From Sphyrna mokarran (Eukaryota), in the NCBI GenBank assembly GCA_024679065.1, contig JAGIQG010000016.1:46810001-46874000 (forward strand): 64,000 nucleotides of DNA, written 5' to 3'. Below are positions 13,081-25,639 of this stretch, one piece after another. The translations under genes were made by a program, and so were the position numbers. The notes beneath the pieces are model-generated. The model made no database searches, was not told where the DNA came from, and saw only the letters and a list, made by a program, of their open reading frames with translations. Every line of letters starts with the position of its first letter. Within the stretch, counting starts at the first letter, position 1.

Positions 13081-13387
13081 CCTTGGTTCACTTTCACAAT
13101 CAATGCAATACTTAGCTTGACGTGAACCTGCTCTCACCTCTTTCACCTGGCACTCCGTTACCTAGCTTGAAGGTTCACAGCACTGAATGACAAACACCAG
13201 CTGACCAGAGGCAGCCTATTCCAAAGCAATGAGCCTATTGAGGGTGGAAGGCTGTATATGACATCTAATAACATATCAAGAAATGAAGGGATGATTAAGA
13301 ACAGCAAGACTAACATTTATTGATTGGTACTACTGTATAAAACCTTAACATTTCCAAATTCTAAATGCCCCTGAATCCTAAGAGTAT

Positions 13388-14215
13388 CTAGATGCCCTTC
13401 TTAATAGACTTATGTATAATCCTACGAGGTGTGATTCCTTCACTTGCAACAGAGGTGGAGGCTGCTGGCTGATCCCATGGCTTGGGATATCCTTGGCAGC
13501 TATCTATTGCCTAGAAGGCCCTGGCATGCTGACGGTCTCCTCTACAGGTTCAGGACCTTCCTTTGTCATCATGGCTACTAGAACCAGTGCCACTGGCAGA
13601 GGAGCTGAGGAGCTACTGTCCACACTCTGCGAAGACGCAGCTGCTCTTTCTTGCTTGCACATTATAGCTCCATGCCTTGGAAGAGACTCCAGACACCTCA
13701 TCCTCCATGTACCTTGCCAGGGCCTTCATGGACAAGGTCTGCATGTTTGTGCGCATCCTGGGCATTGGCCAACTAGTTTTCTGGATCTGGTTGTTTGTAA
13801 GAGTCAACAGCATTCCAATAGAGGATGCTGTGGATGCAACACCTTGAGACATGGTGCCATTCATTGCCTGAATGGATTCCTTCTTTGTCCACATGGTTGT
13901 GTATGGTCTCAGGTAACTCTGCCAGATGTTCTCTTACCTCTTGCTGCATCTGCAGCAGATGCATTTCTCCTGATGAATCCAGAGGCATGTCATTGGTCTG
14001 GGGCTCTGCTTGGACCTGTTGGAAGGGGTGCAGAAATGATCTCTCCTGGTCGGTGGGGGGAGGGGGCGGATGTATGTTCTGCTAAAATATTGTCAAGGTG
14101 ATTGAATTACCTTGGGCTGCAGCTTTTTAAGTATGGTGTCAGCACCTGCCTTTGAGTTCCATTGAGATCTCTTTACCCACCACTGATGAAGCTGCATGAC
14201 ACTGAATGGTAGGAC
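13388..14215 (-). pseudogene. Probable second (Myb/SANT-type accessory) gene of the same Harbinger element, C-terminal part, decayed
   Basis: Convergent with the transposase; coiled-coil-like LLQMQQEVREHLAELPE, S/P-rich segment, basic end GITPRRIIHKSIKKGI-stop (13388-13390); AATAAA on - at 13316-13321. The Myb domain itself is not seen. Confidence 0.6.
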
Positions 14216-14269
14216 ACTCGTTCTGTTGCCTTCACTGGGACTTACAACTTCTTAACAAAGTTCAGCTCT

Positions 14270-14585
14270 TAATCATATAATCCCTACAGTGCAGAAACAG
14301 GCCATTTGGCCCATTGAATCAGCACTGGCCACAATCCTACCCAGGCTCTATTCCCATAACCCCACATATTTATTTTGTAAATCCCCTGACACTCGGGTCA
14401 ATTTTAGCATGGCCACTCAACCTAACCCACACATCTTTGGACTGTGGGAGGAAACTGGAGCACCTGAAGGGAACCGATGAAGACATGGGGAGAATGTGCA
14501 AACTCCACACAGACAGTGACCCGAGGCTGGAATTCAACTCGGGTCCCTGGCGCCATGAGGAGCAGTGCTAATCACTGTGCCACAC
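14270..14585 (-). mobile_element. HE1-type V-SINE with HER1/CR1 tail
   Basis: Reverse strand: GTGGCACAGTGATTAGCACTGCT head, V-domain TGTGTGGAGTTTGCACATTCTCCCC, tail GCCTGTTTCTGCACTGTAGGGATTATATGATT. Confidence 0.92.
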
Positions 14586-14858
14586 TATTTATAGTAAATT
14601 AACTTATGCTATCCATTTATACTATTGTTAAAATGCTTTTTGGACTCTCTGGTGTTGGTTTAAGTCTCAGGATATCCTGATATTTGAATCTGCAAAGCAC
14701 AAATGTGAAAAGTTTCAGTTTTGTCTGAGTGAAAGGCTCCTTGTAGTATTGGGAAGGAAAGTTAAAAATTGCCTTTTCACCTAATTTTTCAAAGAATGCT
14801 ATTCTTGGGATCGAGTATAGGACAGTACTGACATGATGCCTGTTCCTCCTACTTCCAG

Positions 14859-14888
14859 GCTTCTCACTGAAGACCCGCAAGGAGTAAA
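14859..14888 (+). other. Candidate 30-nt cassette microexon of an unidentified host gene
   Basis: Branch point TACTGAC at 14826-14832, TGC motif, pyrimidine tract CCTGTTCCTCCTACTTCCAG, exon GCTTCTCACTGAAGACCCGCAAGGAGTAAA, donor GTGAGT. Confidence 0.4.
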
Positions 14889-15254
14889 GTGAGTTATTAA
14901 GTTAGTTAACGAGGATTATTTCTGTATGTGGAATGATTGCTGTATTCCCCTATATTAATCACTTGCATGATGAAGAAACTGTACGCAAATCACTTTGAGA
15001 TGTTGCTAACGGGTATGAAATGCTATACTGATTCGTGCAGAGTTTCTCTGGTGATGTGATCTCCCCTCCCCCACTCGCTGAGAAGTCACTGGGGAGGGCA
15101 TCCCCACCAATCAGGGCTGTCCTGCAGCCATTTAATGACTGGCTGTGTGACTGGGAACAGTAGCCAAGGCTCAGAATATAAACAGTGTCAAGAGTGAAAG
15201 AGCTGGAGCCCAGATCACTGGGAACACTGGAGTGGCATGGTGAGGAAGGGTGGT

Positions 15255-15298
15255 GGGGATGGAGGAAGGAGGAGGAGGAAGAGAGAGAGAGAGAGAGC
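15255..15298. repeat. (GGA)n-(GA)n low-complexity purine tract within a GC-rich repeat-like element
   Basis: GGAGGAAGGAGGAGGAGGAAGAGAGAGAGAGAGAGAG. Confidence 0.9.
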
Positions 15299-16984
15299 AA
15301 GGATTGCATTAAGTAGAGTGGAGATGATGATTGGAAGGGCAGGTACGGAGGGAACAACCGGGGTTCTCAGATCTTGATGCAATGGATTTTTAGCTGGCCC
15401 ACTATAATCCCCACGTCAGCAACCCTCATGGCGGCAGCAGAAAGTCCTGGCCTTGATATCAATAAAAAAACTTACCATCAGCTCATCAGTGTTCTAAAAC
15501 ACAGCTGGTTCACCATTTTCTTTTAGAGAAAGAAACTGGTTTAGCCTATTTGTGATTCCTGTTTCACACTGATGTAACTGACTCTAAACTGCTCTCTGAA
15601 GTTGCCTAGATAATAAATTACCAGTGGTGTCCATCGTCTGCTTTACAATTTCTTCATTATGCAGTGACTAATATTGGGGAATATAGCAATCATTTTGTGC
15701 ACTTACAAATTAAATTTCTCCCTTTGCTCCATGTAGATGCTTCACTGAGGAACCTGGGTGTAGGAGGAACAGGCTTCATGTCATTATTGTCCTTTGCTTG
15801 ATAACAAGGCTAAGAATCAATAAAGCACCAGAGGGGAAAAAAAGAGACTTCCATTCAAGTTAATGATCTCTGGTGAGAGCAAAATGCTGCCAGGTCATGG
15901 TCAAACCGCATGGTCAAATACTTCATATAATTAACCCTGCTTATCTCAGCCAACCTGCCACCCTTACTGTTATCAAAGTACCCAGGAGAGGGAAAAGAGG
16001 ATTCTAACATTATTTTCTTTGAAATGGCTGGAATTCCTATTCGACCAGCTGTCAAGCTTTGACTCCACTGAGAGAATTTTAACTATCCAGCTCCCTACTA
16101 TTCAGTAAGAGAGGATAAGAGAGCATTGAGTTAGTGAATTAATGAAAACTGGTCTTGAATGTGTCTCCATCCAGTTGAAGTGTGCCAGGTTTGGGGGCCT
16201 CCAGTTAAACCACTCTGGTGAGGTGGCTGTGTGTTCACATGTTGAAACAAGGCTCTGCTCTTGAGTTTTTGAGAACCATTTGAATTAAATGGCTGGAGGC
16301 TGGATTTTCCAGGAATCAGGAACTCTGCAGTTAAAAAAGGAAGTAAGATTCAGCCACAAAGTGCTTTTCACAGCATTGCATGAATGCTTTCCTCTTGCCC
16401 CTTCTGGAATATAATCTGCTGTGGTTCAGCTCTGTCCCTGCCAGTTGCAGACCTACCATGTGACCATCAGACCTCATCTGTAATTTTCATAACTTTCTCA
16501 GTGATCTTCAACTAGCCCTCACTGACCTCTTTCTCCCTCCTCACCGACTTGCACCCAACCCCCTACCATGCCTTGATCTTCTCTGATTATTGGGAACCTT
16601 CAATCACTGTACAAATTAAGAGGCTACCTGGTTGGGCAGGAAATTAAATGTAGAGATTATATGAGTGCAATATTACTGAGATACAACTTCACTCCTTTCT
16701 AAACTTGATTTAAACTATCTCCCATATGATTCAACATTGTGATATATATATAGTGGTATATGGCTGCCATGGACCATCATTCACCATAAAGTGAACAATA
16801 TCATTGAAAATGTTTAGCACAAAAGCATGTAGTTCTGGCCAATTGCACACTGTGCAATTTTAATTTGTTTTGCTAACATATTACATTACTATATGCTACT
16901 TGAATTAACATGGAACTAAAAACATGCAAATTCTACCATAATCACTTACACAAATGATGACCAGATTGAAATATAATATGCTAA

Positions 16985-17520
16985 AATTATGCAGGAGTTT
17001 GGTGAGGAGGCTATACCTGGAGTATTGCATACAGTTTTAGTCTTCTTACCTAAGAAACATATGCACTTGCGTAGTTTAGTTCCTGGGATGAGCAACTCCA
17101 CTGTAAGGAGTGGTTGAGTGAAATGAAGTTTAGAATGAGAGGTGGTATCATTGAACCATACACAATTCTTAAAGGGCCTAGCTAGATAAATCCTGATCAG
17201 TTATTTCTTCCAGCAAGACAGGTTAGAATTAGGAATAATAGTCTTAGAATAAGAATTGGCTGTTTAAGATGGAGATCAGGAGCAATTTCTTCACCCAGTG
17301 GCATCACAAATCTTCCCTACATCAGAGACTATAAATTCCAGTCAATGTGCATGTTCAAGACAAAGAGCAATTAATTTTTGGGCACTAGGAAATTAAGCAA
17401 CATGGGGGAAGGCGGTAGGAGGAATTGATGTGAAAGTGCAGCCATGATCTTATTGAATGACAGAGCAAGCTTGAAGGCCATAAGACCTATTCTTGCTATT
17501 ATTTCTCATCTTGTTATGCT
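16985..17520 (+). mobile_element. CR1 LINE 3' fragment
   Basis: LEYCIQF.S-like frame (CCTGGAGTATTGCATACAGTTT), RGGIIEPYTILKGL-like frame, 3' UTR CAGCCATGATCTTATTGAATG. Confidence 0.8.
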
Positions 17521-19984
17521 CTTAAATGACATTGAAAATATGAGACAATCTCATAATGTATCCATTGCTGTGAATCTTAGTCTTGATAAACAATATCAAT
17601 CTGAATTTCCCAAGTGGAATGAAATTTATGAGTCTCACATTATGGTAAGAATAGATTGCTTTCTTGTATTGCTCAAGTATTCCTCTGACTAGTCCAGCAA
17701 AGAGTGACATTAATGGGGGACTGAGGAACTTTTCATAAGGATGATTGGAAAGTTCAGCCTTCGGAAACATTTTAAGGAATTCAGCAGCAGTTTAAAAAAA
17801 TGCAGTGGTTTAACATAGTACAATATTTTTTGGACACTGTGGTTACAGAGATTTATGTTGTACTCCAAGACTCTTGGGCATTAACTCCAATTAGAGCACT
17901 AATGACTAAAATGACACAAGCCTACGTAAGTTATTTTAAAACCTCTTTGCCATTTGTTTAATAATGTATTGAAGATAAAGGAACTAGGAGCGATGTTAGA
18001 GAGCTATATGATAATGGTACTACAGAGAAGGAGATTGGCAGATTAATTCAGTTTTCAAAATGATGGTAGGGAGAGCAAAATATTTCATTTATTTTGGCAA
18101 AATAAATGATTTTACAGAAGAAATAAGCCTGAAGTCAATAACGAATCCAGTAAAAAATAATCAAAATTTAATTACAAGGTCGGGATTCTTTCACATTTAT
18201 GATAAACTCATACCTGCACTATAAAAAATATTAAGCGGAATGCAATGAACATCGGGACTCAGAGCAAACATAGTCTTGAAAAGTTCCATAATTTCTGGTT
18301 GAAGCGACAGCAAAATGTCAGTGTTTGCCATCATTACTCTGTGGAACTAACAGCAACTTCTGGTTTTCTGTCCTTGCTACAGCTAAATACAGAGATTCAG
18401 GGTAAATCCCATCCTCTGCATCTGCATTATTGATGTCCTCACACATGGAAATCAATTAGAAATCACTGAATTGAAATGAACTTCTATTTTATACATTATT
18501 ATCCTTACTGTAAAATGTTTTGAAAAAGTTAATATTCATTCATCAAGGTATCATTGGGCTATCAATGACATACTGAGCCATAAATACTCCTGAACAGTCT
18601 CTTTGGCCCTGAAAACTAATGTCATAGTTGTGGAATGTCAAATTTCTGCTTGCCATGTTTAAAATTTCCATGGATTTTAAAAACATTTTTCCCAAAATTT
18701 GTTCATGATATTTCAGCTTTCATATTTGATGTCCCATACACATTTCCCAATCTTCACTTTGAGTAAAATTAGAAAAAGTGAATGATAAAACTTGTTTGTT
18801 AATTTCTGGTTTGCTGAGAAACTCCAAATCCACTTGTCTGCCTAGCCTTTGTGATAACACCACTGTAGGTGGACATCAGAGATTCCCAATGAAATCCATT
18901 CCACAGGGATTGCTAGATCTCTGTGGGCAGCTTTCTTTGCAGTCAGTGATAAGTAGCGTTTTGCCACCGACTATAAAATCTGATCAATTATTATGAATTG
19001 CATAGTTTATATCAGTTATCTGAATATGCCTACGGTATAACTGAAGTGTAACTTTGCAACTACAGCACAGTTTGAACATTGAACCAATTCACTCATAATA
19101 TTTGAATGATAACAATACAAGAGTATTGTCCACCCATCAAAATATTCTATGTTTATTGCTAATTGTGTGCAAACATGAGGCCGTAATGGTGCTGTCTCTT
19201 AATCACCATGAGATAGAACCCAGTTATGTGTAAAGAAAATATACAATCGCTAACTTTGAAGACAAATTAAATTTAAAAAAAAATCTTATTTTACAGTCTC
19301 AAGGTTTACATAAGAGAAATCAACATAACAATGAGCCAGAAAGGAAGACTAGCTATTTTGGGAATGAATCATAAATACATCATTTTTTACAGATTTACAA
19401 TGTTACCACCTACAGTAATTGCAGATTTCTTTTCTGCATCATACTACAATGTGTCTGTAGGGCCATATATTTGCTTCATAACTCTTGATATGATTTGTTC
19501 CCTGGCTCATTCTCATCCTATCATGTACCTGAAATGTTTGGCTAGCTCCTTGCTGCTAAAATTAGTCTTGAAAAAGACTCCCAACATAAAGACAATAACT
19601 GATAAATTATCATAATAGCTTAAAGAATTCTTTATCCAAACTTATTTTCGTGGAATAATTCCAAATGAGAAAACATACTAAGACTCAACAGTCCATTCAG
19701 ACTCCATTTCCAATCATTGGTGCAAGCATTGCCATGCCATAGCACTTATGCGTTTTATGGATACTAATTTCTACAATTCATATTTCTAGAACCTAACTCC
19801 CTTTCTTTTCAATAGATACAGAACAGATTTTAAGAATCTATTTTAGATATTTTTTAAGAGCATATCAACTATGTTCCCTTGAGCAGGGTGGTGGTAATGA
19901 TATGTTACATAATTCAGTATTAATGTTGTGTAAGATATATAGCTTGTCTAAGAATAAAAACAGCAGTACTCATACAGATTCAGT

Positions 19985-20283
19985 ATTATTTATTTATTAG
20001 TGTTAAAAGTAGGCTTACATTAACACTACAGTGAAGTTATTGTGAAAATCCCTTTGACGCCACAATCCAACACTTGCTCCGGTACGCTGAGAGAAAATTT
20101 GACTTGGTCAATAAACCTAACCAGCAAGTCTTTCGGGCTATGGGAGGAAACCAGAGAAAACCCACACAGACATGGGGAGAATGTGCAAATTTCATGCAGA
20201 TAGTGATCCAAGCCAGGAATTGAACCTAGGTCCTTGGTGCTATGTGGCAGTATTGCTCACCACTGTGCTATTGTGTCGCCCCA
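19985..20283 (-). mobile_element. HE1-related V-SINE with an alternative (non-HER1) tail
   Basis: Same head and V-domain as HE1, but the reverse strand ends GGATTTTCACAATAACTTCACTGTAGTGTTAATGTAAGCCTACTTTTAACACTAATAAATAAATAA. Confidence 0.85.
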
Positions 20284-20658
20284 TTAAGCTGTAACAGAGT
20301 CAGATTATTATAGAGAAACTAATACCTGAACTGGTTTCATTGCATTTAATTTGACTCATAACATAATTCTACCTCATTCTGGTCTCAAATTTTCATCCTT
20401 TATTTCCCATATAAACAAAGATCATTTTGATTAGGTTTGTTCTTTGCATCACCAAGGGGGACTGATATTTGCAGTTAGGGTGAAGAAGCAATGCTGACCT
20501 CAAAGACTGTGGTCAGTTGGTCAGTCAGCCAGTTGTGGGTGATATGATTACAGTACTGGCCATTAGAGATTCCCCGAGCCATTTTTAAAATTTATTTTTC
20601 ATTAGGTGTGAGCTTTGCTGTTAAGGTCAACATTTATTGCTCATTCCTATTGCTCTTG

Positions 20659-21012
20659 AGAATCATATAATTCCTACAGTGCAGAAGAGGCCATTTGACC
20701 TATCGAATCTGCATTGACTCTCTGACAATTATCTTACCCACTCTCTCTCTCCCTTGCCTTATCCCTGTAACTCCACACACTTATCATGGCTAATCCATCT
20801 AACCTACACATCTTGGGCTACTAAATAGCAATTTAGCACGGCCAATCCGCCTAACCTGCACATCTTTGGAATGCAGGAAGAAACCTGGGCATTGGAGGAA
20901 ACCCATGCAGACATGGGGAAAATGTGCAAACTCCACACAGACAGTCACCCAAGGTTGGAATTGAACCTGGTCTCTGGAGCTGTGTGGCAGCAGTGCTAAC
21001 CACTGTGCCACA
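20659..21012 (-). mobile_element. HE1-type V-SINE with HER1/CR1 tail
   Basis: Full head, V-domain and tail (GAATCATATAATTCCTACAGTGCAGAAGAGGCCATTTG on +). Confidence 0.92.
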
Positions 21013-21734
21013 GTCTGCGAAGAAGCAGGCAGTGATCACCCATTAACAACATTTGAATGATGTGAGGAGTAAAGGGAACTTCTGTATTTAAAATATAATT
21101 ATGTAAATAAGTGAAAATTGAGCAAGAAAAATCAATAAACCAACTCACTTATGCACATTCTCTTAGTGTGTTGCACTTTTGCTGAATCAATGTGACATAA
21201 ATTGGGTTAAATGCTGCTGGAAAGATAACGATGCTGTAAAGCTGTACACCATTATTAATGCGCAAATAAACCAGCATGTTAAGGGAATTAATGCTATGAG
21301 TTGTGAATCCTCCAAACTTGCTGGTCAAAATATGTAACTCCTGCCTTTCTTTCACTGAAATAGCATTGCACCCTTAACCTCTGGGTTTGCACACTATTTA
21401 CTGGCTGAACTTGCCACAGGAATTATGTCTGGTAATTACAATTGGCAGTAATCATTTCAACTAATTAATAATTATTAATGCTGTTTCATTCAATCTTCCC
21501 TTGTCCAGAAGTTGAAAGAAGGGATTTCTTCTTCCTGGTGGTAAATTTTCTCAAAATGTTAGGTTTTAATATTATCTTTTTTCAGTCTCTTTGTTTTGTT
21601 GTTGCCTCTTTTTCTTTTCCTCTCTTTATTTTTCTTTCTGTACTTGATTTGATATCACTTTACTCAATCTAATTCACCCTACTTCGCGGTCATTTGCCTG
21701 TATGTTTTTTCCCTTCAATCTTTAGATCACATTG

Positions 21735-22105
21735 GTGAAGGGATCTCGTAGAAACTTAGAACATTCTAACAGGATTAGACAGGCAGATTTGGAATGTTCC
21801 TGATGGTGGGGGAGTCCAGAACTAGGGGTCATAGTAAGGGACTTTTAGGACTGAGGTGAGGAGAAATTTCTTCACTCAGTGAGTGGTGAATCTGTGGAAT
21901 TCACTACCACAGAAAGTAGTTGAGGCCAAAACATTGTACGATTTCAAGAAAAAATTAAATGTAGCTCTTGGGGCTGAAAGGATCAAGGGATTCAGGGGGA
22001 AGTGGGATCAGGATATTGAACTTAATGATCAGCCACGATCAAAGTGAATGGCACAGCACACTCAAAGGGCCAAATAGCCTACTATTGCTTCTATTTTCTA
22101 TGTTA
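21735..22105 (+). mobile_element. CR1 LINE 3' fragment
   Basis: GDLVET.NILTGLDR- and FRTEVRRNFFTQ.VVNLWNSLPQKVVEA-like frames; 3' UTR ending TTTTCTATGTT. Confidence 0.9.
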
Positions 22106-22523
22106 AGCAAACTGAGAGTTGGTCCCACTCTCCACTGAAGTCACAGATGTCACATTGCTCTCACTGCACCATTATAAACCATCATTGCCAGTAGGTTTAT
22201 AAAACCTATTTGGACTGAAGGGTGTAAGGAAAAATCTCAATGAAGTGACAGTAGTTCAACAAGGTCTGACCCAACGTTTCAGTGCAATTGCTTTACTGCT
22301 GCAAAGGATGTATCATCTCTACATTTAGGCTGCAACAGATTAGCAATAATATCAGAAATTACACTCTTGAGCAACATCACAGAAAAGTTTAATAAAGCTT
22401 AATATATCATTAATGAGAATTGCTATTTAAACGTGTAGAAATGAGCATCAATCAGAAAGATAAGTAACAGTGGTCAAAATAACCAATCACTGAGGACCAG
22501 ATGAAAGTCTTATGAACATTACA

Positions 22524-23651
22524 GATGAAGTTCTCCCAAAAAAATTCTAGGCGTCATATTTGTGTGAAAACTGGAGTAATTCACATTGGTTTCTTTTCCA
22601 GCGGGAGTTCAGAGATGAATCTACCACACTCTGTGCACTGCAGAAGCCACCTACTTGAATATCTTTAAAAACGAGGGAGCGGGGTCTATCCCTCCCGGAG
22701 AGGCTGAAACCAGCATGCTGTGCGGGCCACTGCGCATGTGCCAGTCAGTCAGTGCTGGGATTGGTGCATACGCAGTGGCCTCGCACTACTGGCCTCCTAA
22801 CTGCTGGCCAACTTGATCGTTGGCCAGCCCTGCAATCCCTGCAATGACAGCTCTCTGCTCCCCCATGGCCTGGTCGCTGCCCCCCCCCCCCACCAAAGCA
22901 TTTGGGGCTTCAGCCCAGACACCCCTCTCCTGGCCCGCCGTGATCTCCATCCCTCACTGCCAACAGGACCCCTCCCCATCAATCCCTCCCTCTCCCTTCC
23001 CCCCACCCCCCACAGTGTTGGCCCCATCATCAGGCTGACTGTCCCATCCCAACCCCAGCATGCCCTGATCACTGGCCTCCCTCCTTTCCCCACCGATCCT
23101 GACTACAGAGTGGCAGCAGGATTCTCCAACTCCACTGATTGCCCGAAAGGCTCTGCCCCCACAGGTCCTGCTCCTTTGGCACTGCCCAATGCCTGATAAG
23201 TAGTGTCAAGGTGCATTGACACTTTGCCCATTGGGCACTTCCAGGGGGCATAGGCCAGCACTGCCTGGGTGCCAAAGCCTAGAGGGCACCCCTTCACAGC
23301 CATTCGACCCTCTGAGGGGCCCTGATTTCTCTCCTTTCATTCCAGCGGGGTCAAGCTACTAGCTGCCTGGTAGCGGGGAGCTGCTCTAAACACCGCTAGA
23401 ATGAACTACTCCTGCAGTTGGAGAGGTGGGTGGGTGGGGGGAAAGAGGCTGCTAATCACATTTAAAATGTATTGAAATGTCTTTGTACCTTCCCATCGAT
23501 TTCCAGCATGGAGAGGCAATGTTAGAAATCCAGAGTTAGGAGATGCTAGCGGGATATGAAAACGAGTTTGAACCCCGTGAACCTTCTGATGCGAAATCTC
23601 CTGGTCTGCTGCACTAAAAAAATTAGTGCAGTGGGATGAAGAATTGCGGCC
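22524..23651. mobile_element. ~1.1-kb GC-rich non-autonomous DNA transposon (Harbinger-like)
   Basis: Sharp GC-rich island with C-rich core; left end TTCTCCCAAAAAAATTCT, right end GAATTGCGGCC resembling the MITE TIR; no credible ORF. Confidence 0.6.
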
Positions 23652-24709
23652 ATATATTTTAGACATATTGGATATTTTATCCCTTGTTCATTTTAATAAT
23701 GTTGCTTGGTGACATGTCATGCCCAGAGCACTGCATTGACTACATAAGGTTTTGCCTTGTTCAGTGTCTTAATTAGTTCAATCTTATTCTCATTCTAATT
23801 GACTAGAAAGCAGCGATAAATAATTCACTTTCAGTGAAAACAGAGACCCTCACAATTCCATGGTAAGCATATGAATGTGAAGGAAGTCTCTATGCCCACA
23901 TATGAAAGCACCAGTTAGCAAATTCCATAGAGTACAGACCAAGTATTGGAAATTGGGATTAGAATAGATGTGCTTGATGGCTAGCATTGACATGATGGGC
24001 TGAAGGGCCTCTTTTGTGTGCTGTAAACTCTATGTCATGTCAACAGAATCTACCAAGTTTCATAATACATCTGGCTGGTTGACCCAGATAACAGATAAGA
24101 GATAAAAATAGATAACTTTATAACAATGAAGGTTACAGGGCTCACATAATTATAATGCTGTAGAAACCTCTTCAGCAGTAGTGTTTCCTTTAACTTATCG
24201 ACCGCACTTGGAATTGTATGAATTTATCAAGGGAAAAAGTACATTTGGCCCAGGATGCCTGTTATGGTGCCAACTTTTCAAATGGAGCAATCTAGCTGAA
24301 CATCATTTGTTTGCACTTGCCTTGTATTGTTTCACGTTCTTTCTTCTCAAGTATGCATCAATTCATCTTTAAATGCTTTCACTGATCACCCACTGTAAAG
24401 CATGTTCTAATATCCCTCAACATTCCTTTTACATGCTTTCCCTAAACTCATTTGTAATTGATATTCATTCATGCTTCCTTGAAGTTACGCTTAGGAGTGA
24501 AATCAAAGGACTAAAGGGCTAATTATGTCTGAAGTAGGCCATTCTGCCTGGAGGAGTTGGATGAGATGGATGTATTTTGTAAATAATAGCAACTAAATTT
24601 AAAAGAGCAGCCAAAGCAATGGTTGTCATATCTCTAATGTGTTGTAGATGTGAAAGCCAGATATTGTACGGTCTGGAAAATAGGCCACTTACAGTGCAAG
24701 AAACATGCT

Positions 24710-24968
24710 GGCTGGGATTCTGCGGTCTTTCACTCCCTGTTATCACTGCCAACAGAGAATTCGGTGCTCACCCAGGGAGGAATTATCCTACCCGTCAGCC
24801 ACGGGAATGGTAGCGGGTGAGCCACAGACCATGCAAAGGTACATTGACTTCAGGTGAGATTTTCTGGTCTTCGGGGCGAGCGTGGCTGGAAAATCCTGCT
24901 GCAAATTTCTATTCACAGCAGTGGGACTGGAGAATCTCAACTCTGAACCAGGTTGGAGAATCAGTCCC
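24710..24968. mobile_element. MITE containing a second nested MITE (~24774-24900)
   Basis: Outer ends GGCTGGGATTCT / GGAGAATCAGTCCC; inner ends GGGAGGAATTATCC / GGAAAATCCTGC interrupt the motif CTCAG-CCAAAT that is intact at ~26868. Confidence 0.65.
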
Positions 24969-25639
24969 TTTATTTCTATAAATTATGTTCCCTGATCTAA
25001 TGTTACAGAAATGACTATTCTTAATGACTTGTTTGTCAGAGAAATTTGGTAATGATTATGTTCCATTTTAGTGAAGTGAACCATTTAATAACTATTGCAA
25101 TCATGACGAAGATATCAGATTCTAGAGCAGGGCACAATAGGATAGTGTTCATGAATGGACCTCTTACTTGTTTATATCTGATTGAAATAGACTCTGTCAT
25201 AATTTATTTTTTGTTCTGGAGAATAAACTTTTTATGCTAATCTCACTCCATGGGGGGGTACTGGGACGCAGGAAAAAACAACATTCTTCCCTGGAGTGAC
25301 CTTAATTATGTCTTTTACCTGAATTTATCATTCCCCATAAAGCAAACGCCTGTTTCAGATGTATCTGTACTTTTTATATATTAAAAAGATAACACATATC
25401 AACAAAAGATCACAATGCCCCTCATCATAGAACAGGAATTCTTGTATGATGAGATTTCCTGCATATGTCATCCAAAAGGTCGGCAGGGAACATGGCTATG
25501 CCGAGGAGCGTTAATTGGCTGGTGACAGGACTTTTACTTCTCATTCGGGCAGAGGTTCTGCTTCAGAGAGCTGCCAGCCAATCTGGGTCCGCATCGTGGA
25601 ATTTCTGCAGTGGCGGGGCAGCTTATCTTTCCACATGTT

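Noticed and set aside
13412-14101. Longest ORF in the window (229 aa, +)
   Set aside because: It is antisense to the decayed second Harbinger gene, has no recognisable domain, and is most likely a shadow ORF.
14520-14585. tRNA-like A/B-box heads (here and in the other SINE copies)
   Set aside because: These are SINE 5' regions rather than tRNA genes; no complete cloverleaf was seen.
15476-15493. 18-nt minus-strand microexon-like pattern (TTTTAG|AACACTGATGAGCTGATG|GTAAGT)
   Set aside because: The acceptor side lies in a degenerate SINE body and the pyrimidine tract is poor.
18383-18401. 19-nt + strand exon-like pattern with good acceptor
   Set aside because: The length is frame-shifting and the donor (GTAAAT) is weak; it is not supportable without RNA data.
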